Source: Vicugna vicugna (lineage: Eukaryota). Taken from it: a DNA stretch of 64,000 nucleotides. A program made the translations under genes and the position numbers. Location of the stretch: the NCBI GenBank assembly GCA_013265495.1, contig MU058337.1, positions 5,250,716 to 5,314,715 of the forward strand, given 5' to 3'. Positions 23,939 through 39,614 of the stretch are shown here, in pieces. The number at the start of each line of letters is the position of its first letter. Position 1 is the first letter of the stretch. The notes under the pieces are model-generated. The model had not been told where the DNA came from. It did not search any database and was given only the letters and a program-made list of their open reading frames with translations.

Positions 23939-26900
23939 TCTTGTCCACACTTTGTATTCCCAGACATCAAATCTTTCAGTTGTAACAAACAACTCACACA
24001 CACAGACAGAATCTCCTTGTGAGGTAAGTTAGGGAATAGAAAGCCCTGGTGTGGGGGGTGGCAGCAGACAGCAGAGGGGGCACAGCTGGGATCAGAAGCT
24101 GAAATAGCTGAGAAAGGTTGGGGGACGGCAGATAATGGTATGTTTGGCCAACTCAAGTGGAGGGCGTGGGTGTGAGTGTGGAAGAAGGGCAGGTGAAAAT
24201 CAGTGGGTCTCGGTGTCCTTGAAACATAAAGCCAGAGAACTTCCAGGAGTGCCTTTGCTGTTCCCTGCTCTGTGCCCAGCACACATCATGGTGCCTGATA
24301 CCACGGTGGATGCAAAATGTTTCCTGTGTGAATGAATGAATGGGAAACAGGAAGATAAGCTGAGGCTGTCTGGGGTATAGGAGAGACCATATCCGTGTGT
24401 GGGGAAGGTTTTGATTTTGATGTAAAGGACCAAGACGTATTAAAAAGGGTGATATTTGTGGTAGTCCAGACCCGAGGTCCCATGGCCTAGAAAGCGTTCC
24501 AGTAACGAGGATTAAGGAAGAGAGGGCTTGGAAACATGAGGAATGAGGGGTGCAGAGAGAAGTTTCTCACCAGTGAGAATCTGGGACAAGAGACTCTCTC
24601 ACATGTGGATACCTGCCTTTGGGGGCCTGAGAAGTTCAGGGCAGTAGGATCTGGGAAATGAGAGGAAAGGGTGAAGCAGAAGGATGTCTGACCGCTCGCA
24701 CCTGCCCTGTTGATTTTTAAGTGATGATGGTGTTGGCGTGGCTACATTTGAAGGAGAAGCCGCATGAGTAGGTCCCTCAGTAATAGGAGATGCTGGACTC
24801 CAGCAGATGGTGATGGAATCTGTGGGAACAGATGCTCATTTAAGGGGTTAAGTACAGAGGACGGGCGCACAGGACAGCAGGTAAAGGACATGCTGGAAAC
24901 CATAATTTAGAAGACAGAAGATTCAAAAGAGTCATGCAAACCTAAGAGAGTTATACGGAGAAGAAACAACCCATAGCGTTGCAAGTGCCTCACAGTTAAA
25001 GAAAACTGCGTGTATCGCTTTCAGTTTGGTCAGGAGAGAGCTGGAGTATCCTAAGGCCCACGTAAGCCAGTGGAAGTGAAATATTGCTGTCACAGAATAC
25101 GGAACTGGATTTTAACCATTTAAAAGAGGGCAACGAACCAGTGTCTTCTCTCCCTGAATTGCCACTAGCTGTTTCCAAGTAAGAGACAGATCAGTGAGCA
25201 GACTGTTACTGTGCAGCTGCCTCCCACGGTGGATTGATTTAAATACCGACTACTTTTAATAAGTGTGAAAAAGCTACTGGAAACCAAGCTTGTCAAACTG
25301 AGTGCACTGCCTTATGAAGGACATGTCTGTAAACAGAGAAAAAAAATGGGTTATAAATACACAATAGTGGTAAGGCTATGGTACACAGAAACAATTTCTG
25401 ATCAAAATTATAAGCTTACCCAGGGTGCTTCAGTATCCCTGCTGGTCTTTATCGGGGACAGTAGGTTTGCTGTACTCAGTTACACAGATTCAACATGAAT
25501 GAATGGGTAAGACAATATTTATGCATATAAAGGAAAATTATTACAATCAATCACCTCACATTAATTTTGGATTCTTTGTATGTTTGTAGTGTGAACTTAT
25601 TTTACTACTTGGATGGTTTACATGATATTTGATTCTTGAATCATTTGGAATTTCAGTGACCCCGGAGCTGGCTGTTGAGTTTTAACGCATGGGTGGAATA
25701 CCCAGGTTTTCTTGGGTATTGTTTGATTTGGTGGCACTCAGGTATTCGGTAAAGCTAGGGTGGCAGTGGATGACAGCTAATGTCATTCATTATAGTTGTG
25801 CTGTTTTGGTGGCTCAAATACAGCCATCATGGAAATTCTTAAAACATAAATTCTGATGTCTGCTTCTCCAAGATAAACAAATCCATAATCAAAAATTGGT
25901 TTTGCTCCAGATGGGATATTTATAATAAAGGGTGCCTGGAATCCACATGGGAAGATGTCAGTTATACCTCAGAAATTTTTCAGACCTTGACTTATGGCCA
26001 CATCTCAAGAGCAATATAGCCATCCGCGTGTGTCTCCACTGGCACAGTGGAAAGGTATTATCACTAGTAGCTCAGCCGATAAATTTTTTTGTATCATCTT
26101 AGAACAACATTGCGAAACCACTCTTCATATCCTCCTTTGCATTGTGTCATGTTGAAGGATTTCTAAAAGATTCTGTATCCAGCTTTTGGATACATAGGAG
26201 ACTGTCATTCAAGAAGCATCTCAAATTGAGGCCACCAGATGTTTGCCCCCCACAGTAAATCAGAGAACAAGCTTAATTTGAATATTCTGCATATATTTAC
26301 ATATCGATGTCAAGAGTCCCTAACTCCAATTATGTAAAATAAAATTAATTAGTGCCGCCTCCTGCAAAACCCATATTCAAATCCGGTATTCAGGGCAAGA
26401 CCGCCTGGAAATACCTAGTGCAGCTTAAAGCCAATTAGCTTGATTTCTTCTGGGAATAGGAGGGCGGGGCAGACGCACCTGCAGGAGGTGCATCGAGGAG
26501 AAGAGACGTCGAGGTGGGCGCTCCAGCCTAGGGAATCAGGTCAAAGGCGATTTGTCCTGAGCGTCTGTGCTCTTTCCTGGTGGAGATTGCACGTAGTTAC
26601 CCACACTGCAGACTCATTCTTGACCTTCTCGTGCTTCCACGAGGACTGAGTGGCCACTCCCTGTCCTCGGCTGGGGTCCTTTCTCCAGCCCCCAGTAGCA
26701 GTGGGCAGGAGAGCCAGTGAACATTCCTGGTGCTAAAACTACTGCCGTTTCCCGACTCCACGAGGCTGCGCACTGCCTGGAGGACCTTACCCTCCCTTAC
26801 CTGCCTTTAGAAGTTCTCCTCATCTGTCCTCAGCACCAGCGTGGGCCACTGCAAACACCTTAGACTTTGTGGTCAGACAGAGCTTCTTTTAGATGTCACA

Positions 26901-27918
26901 TTTGCTTGGGTGGCCTCGGACAAGTTATTAGCCACCCCGAGGCTGGGATTTCTTGTTCTTGCATAAGGGACAAGATGTTTCCTTTCTTCTGCCAGTTGTA
27001 AAGATAAAATAAAAAATCATTGCTAAGTTCCCCAAACGTAGTGCATATCCAAAAAATGCTAGTGTCTCTCCTTCCTTTAAGACTCAATCCAGGTGTTGAG
27101 CCAACGAGGAGTCTCTCTGTGGCTGCAGGGGTGTCAGGCACCACCCGCCTTTATAGCATCTCCCCACACATCACTGCACTTACCGACTACTTTGCTGGAA
27201 GGTGGTGGCGATGGCTCACGGGAGGTGACACGGCAAGATGTAGGTGACTCAGAATTGTGGAAATTCAAGTGGCACCCCGGCACCTCATCATCTCCCTCTT
27301 TAGTGTGATGTAGATTCACTTCAGAGTCCTTAGAAGAACTGATACAGTCACAGCGTTCATAAAAGAAATAAAACTTCTTTTAGAATAGATTCTGCCCCAT
27401 TCTGTCTGGCTCCCCTCCTCCACGGCAAGGACAAAATTAGGAGATCAACTTGAGACTGTCCTACGTTGGAAATAAATATCCATGGGTGTCATGTCAAATG
27501 AACCCCAGGGGGAAATCCTGAGAAGGATCTGAGTATTTTATCTGGATCGGTCAGCTGTGCTCCGGCACGGACCGCCTTTAAGTGGAGTCACTTGAAGGCA
27601 ATGAACACAGACCTCAAAAAACTTCCTATTAATATGTGTTCCTTAGGAGGCAAAGCCATTTGGCCCAAGGGAACCTTGACCAGTAGTCTCTAAAGTGGTG
27701 CACACACAGTCTGTGAAGGGCACAAGACAGTATTTTGGTTTAAGAGGGAAAAAATGCAAGTTTTTATTGATTCTAACTTTTATCTCATCCTTTTAAAATT
27801 TCTACTTGCATGTATTTATTATGTACAGTATCATGGAACATGGGTATGATTAACAAATGCTTAGGCAGAGGTGGGGGACCCGTCTTGGGACCAGGCTGAG
27901 GATGCTGTAGGGGACTAA

Positions 27919-28131
<213 letters not shown>

Positions 28132-29561
28132 TGATGCAAAGGAGATTTGATTCATATCATTTAGAACTCACGCACCTTTGGCTTTGAACTGTCTGTCTGA
28201 ATAGCTGCAGTAGAATATGGGTGAGTCTCAGAGTCTGGAAGCTGAGAACAGTCCCCGTGGAATAATGAGGTGTCCCTGTGAATTACTAGTGTAGGAAGGT
28301 ATGGAGGTGGTCTGGCTCCCCATCCCCTTTGCAGGCTGACTTCAGAGTTGTACACGGTAGAGAAAATACCACTTCTCAGGTCTATGCGGAGCTGAGGACA
28401 GAGATGAGTAGCCTGATCTTCCAGGCCTCCTGCCGTTACATTCTCACCATGCAGGGATCTGTCAGGAGATAATCAGGGGTCTGCAATTCAAGGTCTCCTT
28501 CTAAGCTGCAAGTAAAGGTTAATGAGCTAGTGGAGAGAGTCTCTGAAGACCTTCTCCCCTTCTCTGCCTCATTAAGCTGATGGGACTTGAGAGGAAGACC
28601 TGCTACACCAAGTGTCGTCGTACGTGAGACGGTCTAGCAGCCGGGGCGGGGGTGGAACGGCGTAGTCCTAGGGCTGGGGACCTCGTGTTCCCGCGTAGGA
28701 CCCACTCCAGCATCAGGCTCGCAGGAGGGGCTGCAGTCAGGAGAGGAACCGCGGCTCCTGCGGTGCGTGTCTTCCCGTTGACCGTGATGGAGATGACGGG
28801 CCTTGGTCCCCCTGCCCTTTCCCATCGAATCCGCCCTCCAGACTACTTCTTCCGCCTGCTCGTATTTCTTTCCACGTCTCCACATCCTGCTCTACGATCA
28901 TTGAAACACCCCTACCACCTACGTTGCAAATTAAATGTGTTAGTATTAATGCAAGGCTCTTTAATTGCATCTCTGACTTGTCCAGCAACTGTCCTTTCCT
29001 TATCTACACTCGGCCCACTTAAGCCTTTTGGTGACTTGCTGCTTCTCCAAGATGTCAGGCCAGTTCAGATTGTTTCCTTTGCCTGGAAGCCCTTTCCCAG
29101 CAACTCAGCTGAGTCAGATCCCCCCTATCGATGAAGGTGGGCTCAGATGTCACCCCTACCCCGATCCACTCTGAAAGGTTCCTCGTTTGACGCTCCCAAC
29201 TACAGGCAGAATGAACCACTTCTCTGTCCACGTGTCCTATTTCATATTTGAGTGTAAGTAGAAATTATACTGTATGTAAATATATACGGTATGCATATCA
29301 GACTGAAAAGCAGTGATGAGTCAGAACTGTGTCGTTCCCTTTGTGTATCCTCAGAGCCCAGCAGAACTTCTGGCACATGGTAGGTCTTCCAGTCACATTC
29401 AGAGAACTTGAACAGAATAGAGAATAAAGCCCTCGCTGACTTCTTCCTAGCATCCACCACATACAGAGCTTTCTGAGAACTTCTGAAGAAGGTAGTTCTA
29501 TAGATGTAGCCTCGGAAGCAACTCAGTGACTAATGCTCAGAGAGAATTCCTTCTTTAAATG

Positions 29562-29740
29562 CAGACTCACAGAGAACAAAGTAGTGGGTACCAGTGGGGA
29601 GAAGGGGGAAGGGACAACATGGGGGCAGAAGAGTGGGAGGTAAAAACTATTGGGTGTAACATAGGCTAGAAGGATGTATTGTACAACACAAGGAATATAG
29701 CCAATGTAAACGGAGTGTAACCTTTAAAAATTGTATTCAG
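29562..29740 (+). mobile_element. L1 3'UTR fragment
   Basis: AGACTCACAGAGAACAAA...GTACAACACAAGGAATATAGCCAAT...TAACCTTTAAAAATTGT. Confidence 0.7.
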
Positions 29741-30335
29741 AAAGACTCAAAAAAACCAGTTCTGCTGTAAAAGAACCAGTCTCTTGAAGCTCTTTTGCGT
29801 AATGAGCTCCTTGGTGTTGGAGATCCAGACGGAGCTGCATTCACACACTCGTGTTTATTGAAGGGCTTCCTAATTGGCATGAAAATGCATCAGCCTTTAA
29901 AGTTAACCATCAGTGACTTAGATGGTATGGAATTAGAGGCATTATGTCTTCATACAAATATTACAATTGACAGATCGGTATTGTAACCCACTCACCAGAA
30001 TACAAGAACTCCCCAGAGTTCTGACAATCTTTTCTGTTTTCCAGCATGGGTGCTTGCTAGCTTGTGTGGCTGCAGGACCCATCCAGTGTGAAACTAAAAC
30101 ATCTTTTCTCAGGGGGAGTACACTGAAGGATTAATGTGACTGCTTACGTATCCAGAATAGTCAATAAATAACACACTGAAATCACATTTAGGAATTGTGT
30201 ACTAATTCATTAGCTAGCAATATCAATTGTGTGTGTTTAGCATACAGATGGGTTAATATTTTGTTATCCTGGGTATCAGTTTTCACAGTAAGATGTTGTG
30301 TGTGGGTGATTGTATATCCTGCACATATCTGCACG

Positions 30336-30357
30336 CACACACACACACACACACACA
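30336..30357. repeat. (CA)n microsatellite
   Basis: Read directly. Confidence 0.9.
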
Positions 30358-31076
30358 TTTATCTTTTTAATTCCTGCTTCTTTGTGTTGGGGATAAGGAA
30401 AGTCTTAAAACAGCACATGCACTGCTAGAATTGCTCAGAAACTTTTTTTTTTGGCATTTTGTCAGAGATACTTGGGCTAAATTTGTATAAAACATGTCCT
30501 TCAAAAAAAAGAGGAAAGTCCATTTTTTTTGAACTTTTGAGAGTACAGGATGAGGTCAGATTTTAAAATGTATTTTTACACAAGGATGTTACATGGAAGA
30601 TACAATAGAAAGAAAACCCTATGTATGGGAAGCGTTATATATCAATGTATTTTAAGAGGCATTTGGGGTCTACTAAGACAGGCCACTGTACTAGAACCAG
30701 AGAAGTTACAGAAAGTACAATATGGTCCCCGATTCTAGGTGCTCATAATACATAAAAAATAGGAAAGTAATTGCACACCAAATTTCTTCATATTTTAATT
30801 GAATCAGGATCTCCCTATGTTGTAGCCTTATGCCCTGGGAAGTATCAGAGGCGATGGGGTAGCCTGACCGGGTTCATATGGAGGCTTCACCTCTTATTAA
30901 TGCACGACCTCGGGCAAGCCCCTTAACCTTCCTGAGTCTTTGTGTTTTCACAGTAGGCTCCTTGGAGAATTAAAGGATGTAAACTAGGTGAAAGTATTTG
31001 GCACATTATAAGTGTTTAACGTGTTAGTGCCTTCTTACTTTTCTCCTGACGGGTAAGTATTTTCATCTCAATATGA

Positions 31077-31391
<315 letters not shown>

Positions 31392-33038
31392 TAAGTCTGT
31401 TGAGTGTTTCCACACTCATTTCAGTGAGACAAAACATCCCTTTGTTTTGTTGACATTGAAGTCCTTTCAGAGGGGTATAACTCCAGGTATTGGTAAAAAT
31501 ATGATACATAAGAATATTTAAGAAGTGAAGTAAATTGTGTAAGGCCCAGAGTCCTGGAGTATCTGGGAAGGAGCTGGATGGCCCCACCGCCGGCTTCGTG
31601 AAGGCTGGAGTGCTCATACCACCTGGCTCAAGCGAGGTGGTGGTTGACGTATGGAACGCAGAATAGCTATTCTGTGATAAATTTGCAGCGTGACAATAAT
31701 CAGCAGGATGTCCTTAACCTGAGGCGTTTTAAAGATGTAAAGAGAAAGGACTTGAGATGGGAAGGAATTGCAGGACTGTAAGAAAGGAGTGTGTAGCATG
31801 AAACTGGCACCATTGGGAAACAAAAAATAAGTAAATAAAAAAAAAGGAAAAGATAGAAGGAAGAAAATTTCTACCGGGGTATTTTTTTCCTCCTGTCACA
31901 CTGACCTTCACAGAAATTAAAAATATGTAGACCATGCTGTCTCTAAAGTTCTTTGAATTGTTCTATTTAGGGAGACAGTGGGGTAATGAAACAGCAGAAT
32001 GGGCGTTAGGGTCTGACAAATGACTGTTTAAAATATCAGAATATTCTTTCTTTTTTACTGAAGTATAGGCAGTTTACAATGTTGTGTTAAATTCTGGTAT
32101 AGAGCATAGTGATTTAGCTATAATGTCCCCTAAGCTTGATTATATCTGCCAATTCATCCCCACTCCCAAACAATTTGTTTCTAATTGCCTCGCCCACTAA
32201 TTCCTGTTCCGAGAAGCCTCCTAGCTCACCAAATCCCTAGAGGCAAAAATAATGCATTTGGGTGAGACCTGTTGGTGCTGGTGTAAAGCATCCCATGTAG
32301 TGGGGACTGTGAGTTCTTTAGATGATTTTCAGTTGTCTAATTTTCATCTGACAATAGACCCTGGTGAAAGTAGCATGCATCCTTTGAGCACTGTTGAAAT
32401 AATAAATAAAAATGCTAAGACACAGTGACAGGCGGGCCCTGAAAACTTGGAACAATAAATCATGTGTTTCTGGAACTATACCCATGCATATCATTTTATA
32501 ACTGGAGACTATCCCTATAAATGTCTTCAGGTAAATGCATTTGGTTCTCTGCTTGTTCAATACTTGCACAGCAATTTAAGTTACTCTCTTACACTGTATA
32601 ATAATTGGCAGCCTCCAAGTGTTTACCTTTCTAAAAAATTGACAGACAGCTCTTGAATAAACTCATCTTCTGAGGCACCAGCATGCTGATTTCTGCCCAG
32701 AACTCAAACTTTCTCTCCTCTCCAGTTTTTTTGTTGATGGAACAAACAAATTAAAACCTTTCTTTAAGATTGGAGGCATTAAAATTTCCCAAGGACCACT
32801 GGGCCTTGGTGTGTTAGGTTCTGGTTACATGTTTTAGAAGCGGGAAAAAGGAACAGTTTATTATTTGCAAATATTATAACTTGAGCATTAATACAATAGG
32901 ATTTTAAAGGACCTGGATGTACCAATAAATTGAATCATTGCAATATTTAACCAATTATAGTTTAAAGTCTTTGAAAATACAAACTGAAAAAGAGACAACA
33001 TGATAAATATATCAGACATAAAATGCAGTGTGAGATTA

Positions 33039-33607
33039 TGTGACTGAACCAAACTTGGGTCTGCTCACCCTCGCACAGTAAATTCAATCTACTGACACCG
33101 GGTTGTGGCCAAGGAAAGTACAGTGTTTATTGCAAGGCCACGCAAGGAGTACAGGTGGCTAATGCTTAAAAGACCTAAACTCCCTGGAAGCTTTCTGGGA
33201 AGGGGTTTTAAAGTCAAGGTGAGGGAGAGGGTGGAGGAGTGCGTGATCAGCTCATGGACCTGGTGGTGAGGTCCCAGCCTTCTGATTCCACCTGGTCTGG
33301 GGTCTAGGTGCTGGTGGTCAGCACATGGTTAATGTGTTCCACCTGGTGGGGGTTTTAGTATCTGCGACACAACTCAAGGATATGGCTCAGAAAATTATCT
33401 ACAGCCCTTGAAGAGGAACTGCAGGTCCTTGACTTTGTTTTGTGGCTAGACTATTACTTTGTCTTTCCAGGCTGTTTTCCTTTGTTTCTGTGTTCCCCCA
33501 CTTCTCTGATTAAGTTTGCTCTTTGGAACTCCAGGAAGACCTAGGAGGCTAGAGCTTTTTTGTGAACAAGAGACAGAGGACATGGGATGGGTCCTGCTTT
33601 GGCTTCA
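33039..33607 (-). mobile_element. Solo ERV1-class LTR (MER41/MER4-like), antisense to NALCN
   Basis: TG...CA ends, ~570 bp, TTTATT (minus-strand AATAAA) near 33127. No clean TSD. Confidence 0.65.
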
Positions 33608-36600
33608 GTTGTTTCCAAGTGCCAGGTTTCAAAGTCCGTACTCTGTTCATTAAAAGGTGTTTTACACTTATGGAGCCTTAATGATCATGGATAATAATTG
33701 ATAATGTATCAGGTTCAATGTAATCATATTTAAAATTTCATTGTAATGTAAAAATTATATAAACATTGGCCTGATTCCTCGTTGCATGGCATGTAGGCTT
33801 TGCTTATTCAGACTACACAAATCCAGGAAATATCCAAAAGTTATCTCGTAATTTCATGTGTAGTCTTCCATGATCATGAAGGAAAGGAATCTTAACTCTA
33901 AAGTATGACCTTGAAAGGTATTACATCTTTCTCTTTTTGCCACAAATCTCTTTTAAGGAACAATACTAGTGGTTCAGATGAACGGATGCATTCACAAAGC
34001 ACAGGCGTTGACTTCTTACTGTCTGCTTTGTCGTCTACAGAACTCTAAGACGTGTTCATGTGCTTGTCTCTCATTCATTTAAAATCTGCTGCATGTACTT
34101 GTGTGTACCCTGTGCTTGGTGGTGGGAGTACCGCCTGAAATTGTCTATTTAAAGTTTCAAGAAGCTATGAATCTTCAGAGCAAACTCAAATATTTACAGT
34201 AGGGGATAGACCTTTTTTTTCATGCAACATCAGAGAATACATTTAGAGAAGATTTAAGTAGGAAGCCCAAACTGCAGGGACTAAAATATAAATGTATGAA
34301 ACAACTGGATGGGAATTACAAAGGACTATTCTGTAAGTTACATAATACGAAGCTTATTTATATACATTAGCTGAGTTGCTGGTGGTTGGATGATGTATGA
34401 GCGAAAGCGTTGATCTGAGTAGGCTATGATGAAAGTCTGGAGGAGAAAGTTGGCACAGTCTGTAGGGGAGAGGATTTTTCAGGAAGACAGAACAGCTGAA
34501 GAACAATGAATGTCAAAGAGCAAATGGTTAAAAAAAAGAGGTGGGAAAAATCTAAGTATTACTGATCTTTGTATCCCAGGTCACTATAACACTGCTTATG
34601 AAAAGTTTTTATAAATAATAAATGGCTCTTGGAAACAGGAGCCAAAAAATTATATGTAAAACTTATGCTCAGTGGATTATTTCATATATTTTAACAGGAA
34701 AGAGAAAAGCCAGTTCTAACTGGCCATCACATACCACCTAGTATGCAGTGTTCTTGTTAGGGACAGGCAAATGCCACTATGAATTTCTGGAATGTCTAAA
34801 GCAGAAAACATTCCAAATAATGCAATTGAAATGTCTTCCTAATTCAAAAATAGTTTTCTGCTTTATCACAGTAGAAGTTTTTGCTAAGCCAGTTTTCATA
34901 ATATGAAGTCATTTGAAATGCACATGTATTGGCATGGTTTTGTTTTTTTCAGGATTCCCACCAGAGCTTCTAAAATGATTTAAAATAATCCATCCTTTTA
35001 TATGGTACAACGTATACTCTAGGCCAGCTCTGCAACATCAATTTCCTTAGCAAACAAATTTTTACAGTAAATAGGAAGCAAAAATTAAGCCAGCCCTGTT
35101 GCTGATAGCTTTATGCTGTGAATTTGTGAGGCCCCAGGTTTTCAAATTTGACTTTATTTGCACCAACTGATAAAGTAATGTTTGTTAAAACTAAAATTTT
35201 CAGCTCTCAAAAATTTTCATTTTGAAAATCTATTTTAAAAAGTGTAACACATGAACATGGGTCATAAAACCCATGTATGGATGCTCTGTGAAAAGTATGT
35301 CTCTCTTCTACCTTTGGCCCATGGCCACTTTGTTCCCCTCCCAGGGAAATACCACTATTTATCCTTGTTTTTCACGTTTGAAATAATCCTCAATATACTA
35401 AGAAGCTCCTATTCTGTGTCTAATTGAATATAATTTGTTACTGAAGCAAATTATGAGCACAAAAGAGGTTAATGGTAGTGATGCTACATGTAACATTTTA
35501 AAATGACAAAATAGAAATAACATAATACTTTTTAGGAAAAACATTGTATAAACTCATCCTATTTGGGTGCCTGTGGACCCAATGGTCTATAATTATTCTT
35601 TTTCTTGCCTAACATTTACTTTTAATTTTTCCTATTTTAAAATAGTTCTCTTCTGAGCCCTATAAAATTTCAGTTTTCACTTTTGGAATTCTTTACATTC
35701 TTTAAACAACCACAGCTATGCTTTGTTATTAAAATAAAGATCAAGTGATGTTTTTCTCTTATTTTTTGCTCACCATGCAAATAAAGACAGCTTTATCTGT
35801 TTAATAAAAGTCAGTAAGAAAATATGTACTTTAATTTTTCTGCATAACACTAATCAATATGTAATATACTGTATATTTTACATTTAAAAAAATTAACTGA
35901 GACTGTAAGTTACATAAGGGCAGGAGTTTTTGTTTTATTCACTCTTGTATCACTAATGCTTTGAATGCTGCCTAGAACATAGAGATGTTCCATACATTGA
36001 GTGAATAAATGAATGAACAAATCTGTTTAATATATTGAAGAAATCAAGGGAAACTTCAAAGTGCATCTTAAGTAGTTTGTATTTTATTATCTTTTTGGAT
36101 GTGAATCAAAATTAGGTTCATTTTATATTGCTTCTATTATCTAGATTATAATTAATTTATATTTTCAGTTGTGAAATATACAAGGCAAATATGTTGCTTA
36201 TGGTAAAAGATGCTCCATCAGGTTTTGAAGGCAACTATATTATCCTTAAATTATTTGCTCTCTATTTAATATGCATGCATGTGATAACAACCAGCAGCAT
36301 CCTGTGATACAGTTTTTCTCTTCGTCAGGTTTAAATCACTGTATGATGAGCATAACACTTAATTTAATAGGTTATTGTCCTCTTAGTCACCCAAACCCCA
36401 AGCCTCAGGGTTTGCTTCCATATCTCTTTTGTGGGTCTTCTCAAATACACACTGAATTTGGTTCAGTTTCTTGCCAATGGTAAAATTATTTGGGCAGTCA
36501 TTTGGGAATTAGTATTTTTTTCTCTAAACTCGCCACAGAATTAATTTTCCTACCTTTTTCACTATATTTATAACTTTATTATAAGTTAAATCACCTTATA

Positions 36601-37710
36601 TATTAGCTGGGTATGTACATATCTGTGTATCTACACAAAATTGGTGTGTCGTGTGTATGTTTCTTTCACTATGCAATATTTATCCTCTAAGTTGAGTTCA
36701 TACTTCATATCTGAATCAGATAACATATTAAGTGGATTATCATACCTTTAGTTTTGTGAACAACAAATTATTTCTGGAAACTTCTCAAGGGAACTTTTTG
36801 ACAACCTATATGTTACTAATGGTGGAAGGTTCTGGAAATGATTTTATCTTCATCAACATCCTGCAACATATTTTACTGTTTTATTAAAAATCTTGGCATT
36901 CTGTTCATGTTTTTATTTTCTAAGTAGGATGACTCAGAGTTGGTAATGACATGAGCGAACTCAGAATTGAGTTTCACAAATTACAACAGAACCAGTGACT
37001 TAATGGGGCAGTCCTAAGAAAGCACTGTAAAGTTTTCTTTCTAGTGAAGGTTTATAATTTTGACCACATGGGGTCTACTGTTTTGTTATCCCAAATGAAC
37101 TACTTTTTTTGAGAAATCCCATTTTATAAAAATAATGCATTCTATTTTCAGAGTAGAGTCACTATTTAAAAAAATGAAAGTAGTTTGTCTTCTTTACCTT
37201 TTTTTACATTTATAATCCCAATTAAAGTTAAAGTCAATTTATGTTTTCTTTGAAAGTGTTTCTTCATCTTCACTTCTTAATTTAGTTCAAGGTGAATTTT
37301 TGGTTAGTTTTCCACTAGTGGTAGTTGATCCCAGAGATTTAAAGGTCTTCGCATTGGCCACTTCTAGGAGTGGTTGCTTTTAGGACCTAAGCTGCCTGCC
37401 AAGTAGGACGGCCTCTGGTTCCTCATGAGGTAGAGTCTGTGTGGCTAAAAGCAAAAGCAGTGATGTCTCCCCTTTGCATGAACTTAGCATTTCACATGCA
37501 AAGTTCTGTGGTCACTTGTGTTTAAAATTTTTTTTCCTTATATATATAATGACATTTAAAACGCTAAAAGTGTTCCTTTTGAAAGTCTGTTCAATTATGA
37601 TACAAAAATTGTGGATAGTTTATACTGAATTAACACTTGATTATTCCTTCCACAGGTTTTTTTGAAATTATTCACTTTGCCTGATAATGCCATGTGAAAT
37701 TTATTTTTAG

Positions 37711-37860
<150 letters not shown>

Positions 37861-38904
37861 TAAATAGATTTATTAAAGAATATATGTCAAATGTGATTGT
37901 ATAATTTCCTAAAACATTGTGTTTTTAAATGTTTATTGTTAGAAAAAGCCTAAAATTTTAATCATTGTCAGTCATATTTTAAAATTATTTCACAGTCAGA
38001 AATAAAAACCAATACTGTAGGAAATTATTTGTAATTAAACAGACATTAAAAATATATTCATTGAAATAAGAAAGAACATGGAATGAGATTTCTGTATTTG
38101 TAGAATAAATTTTTGAATTTAAAAATTAAAATTCTAGTGTTTTATGTAACTGAATTCTCACTAAAAATCTAAAATAATATAAATACTTTGGGATACATAT
38201 TGCTTAGCACAAAATATTGATTTGCAAATAGAAAATGCCTTACTGCGAGAATTAGGGAATGTATATTAAAATGTCAGAAGGAGGGATTTTGTTGGAAAAC
38301 AATGGAATTTATTTCCCATGCATTCATTCAGGCTTGATTTTACACTGAATTCAAATGAAGTTCTATATTCTTCATTAAAAAATTCACAATAAAGTAAATT
38401 CATAGTCCATCCTGCAAACTCATTATGGTGCTTACTGATAAGATGTCCTATTTTTATAAAGTTCACCTCTCCAACAGTCTAATTTCATCCTGCATATTAA
38501 ATGTGTTCTTTTCCATTTAATAACCATTGTATGATTGACAGATATTCCTTAATTATCATTTTGCCTCTGTTAGTAAGTGGAATTCTTTTTCATATTTTTC
38601 ATAGTATTTTTAACTCTTTCTTCATTATTTTCTGACCTAGATAGTCAAAAAGTTCCACCAAAGAACATTATTGAGGGAGGCAGATTTAGCATACTTATTC
38701 TGTATTCTAAGTAGGCACTTCTTTTTGTAATAAAAACTGTGTCTTGATGAATTATACAAGAAATGATTAATGACACTTTTAGTTTATGTATCTGCTTCTC
38801 TTAAGATAACTACAGTTTCAAAATGTGCCCCAGAGAAAGTTGATTTCAGTGGAAGAGAGTGTGGGCACAGGACGCACCTCTGGTTCTGTCTGTAAGTGCT
38901 CTGA

Positions 38905-39096
<192 letters not shown>

Positions 39097-39121
39097 TAAG
39101 CACTGCTATTACATAGGTTAA

Positions 39122-39316
<195 letters not shown>

Positions 39317-39614
39317 TAAGTTTATCTACTAACTGCATTTTAATCTAGGTGATTGACCAAGCTGTTTCTGCAGTTTTCATGAGAAAAACCTTCTCAATTT
39401 TTAAAAAAAGTATTTATGTGCTCTCTGTTCTGTAGACTCTGCTTCTTCAAAATTATTTTGTGCGATTTTTTAAGACAGGTGTTCAAGAGAAGACAGATTG
39501 AAAAATGTAACCCTAAGGGAAAGCAGATTCAGCAAATTCAAAGTGTACATTTAGAAAGTTTCCTTACGGTAGGAACATAATACCATTGGAGTATTTTCAT
39601 TTGTTATATAAATA

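Noticed and set aside
28652..29134. 160-aa ORF in intron 2
   Set aside because: Non-ATG start in a GC-rich patch running into L2-like sequence; no homology recognised.
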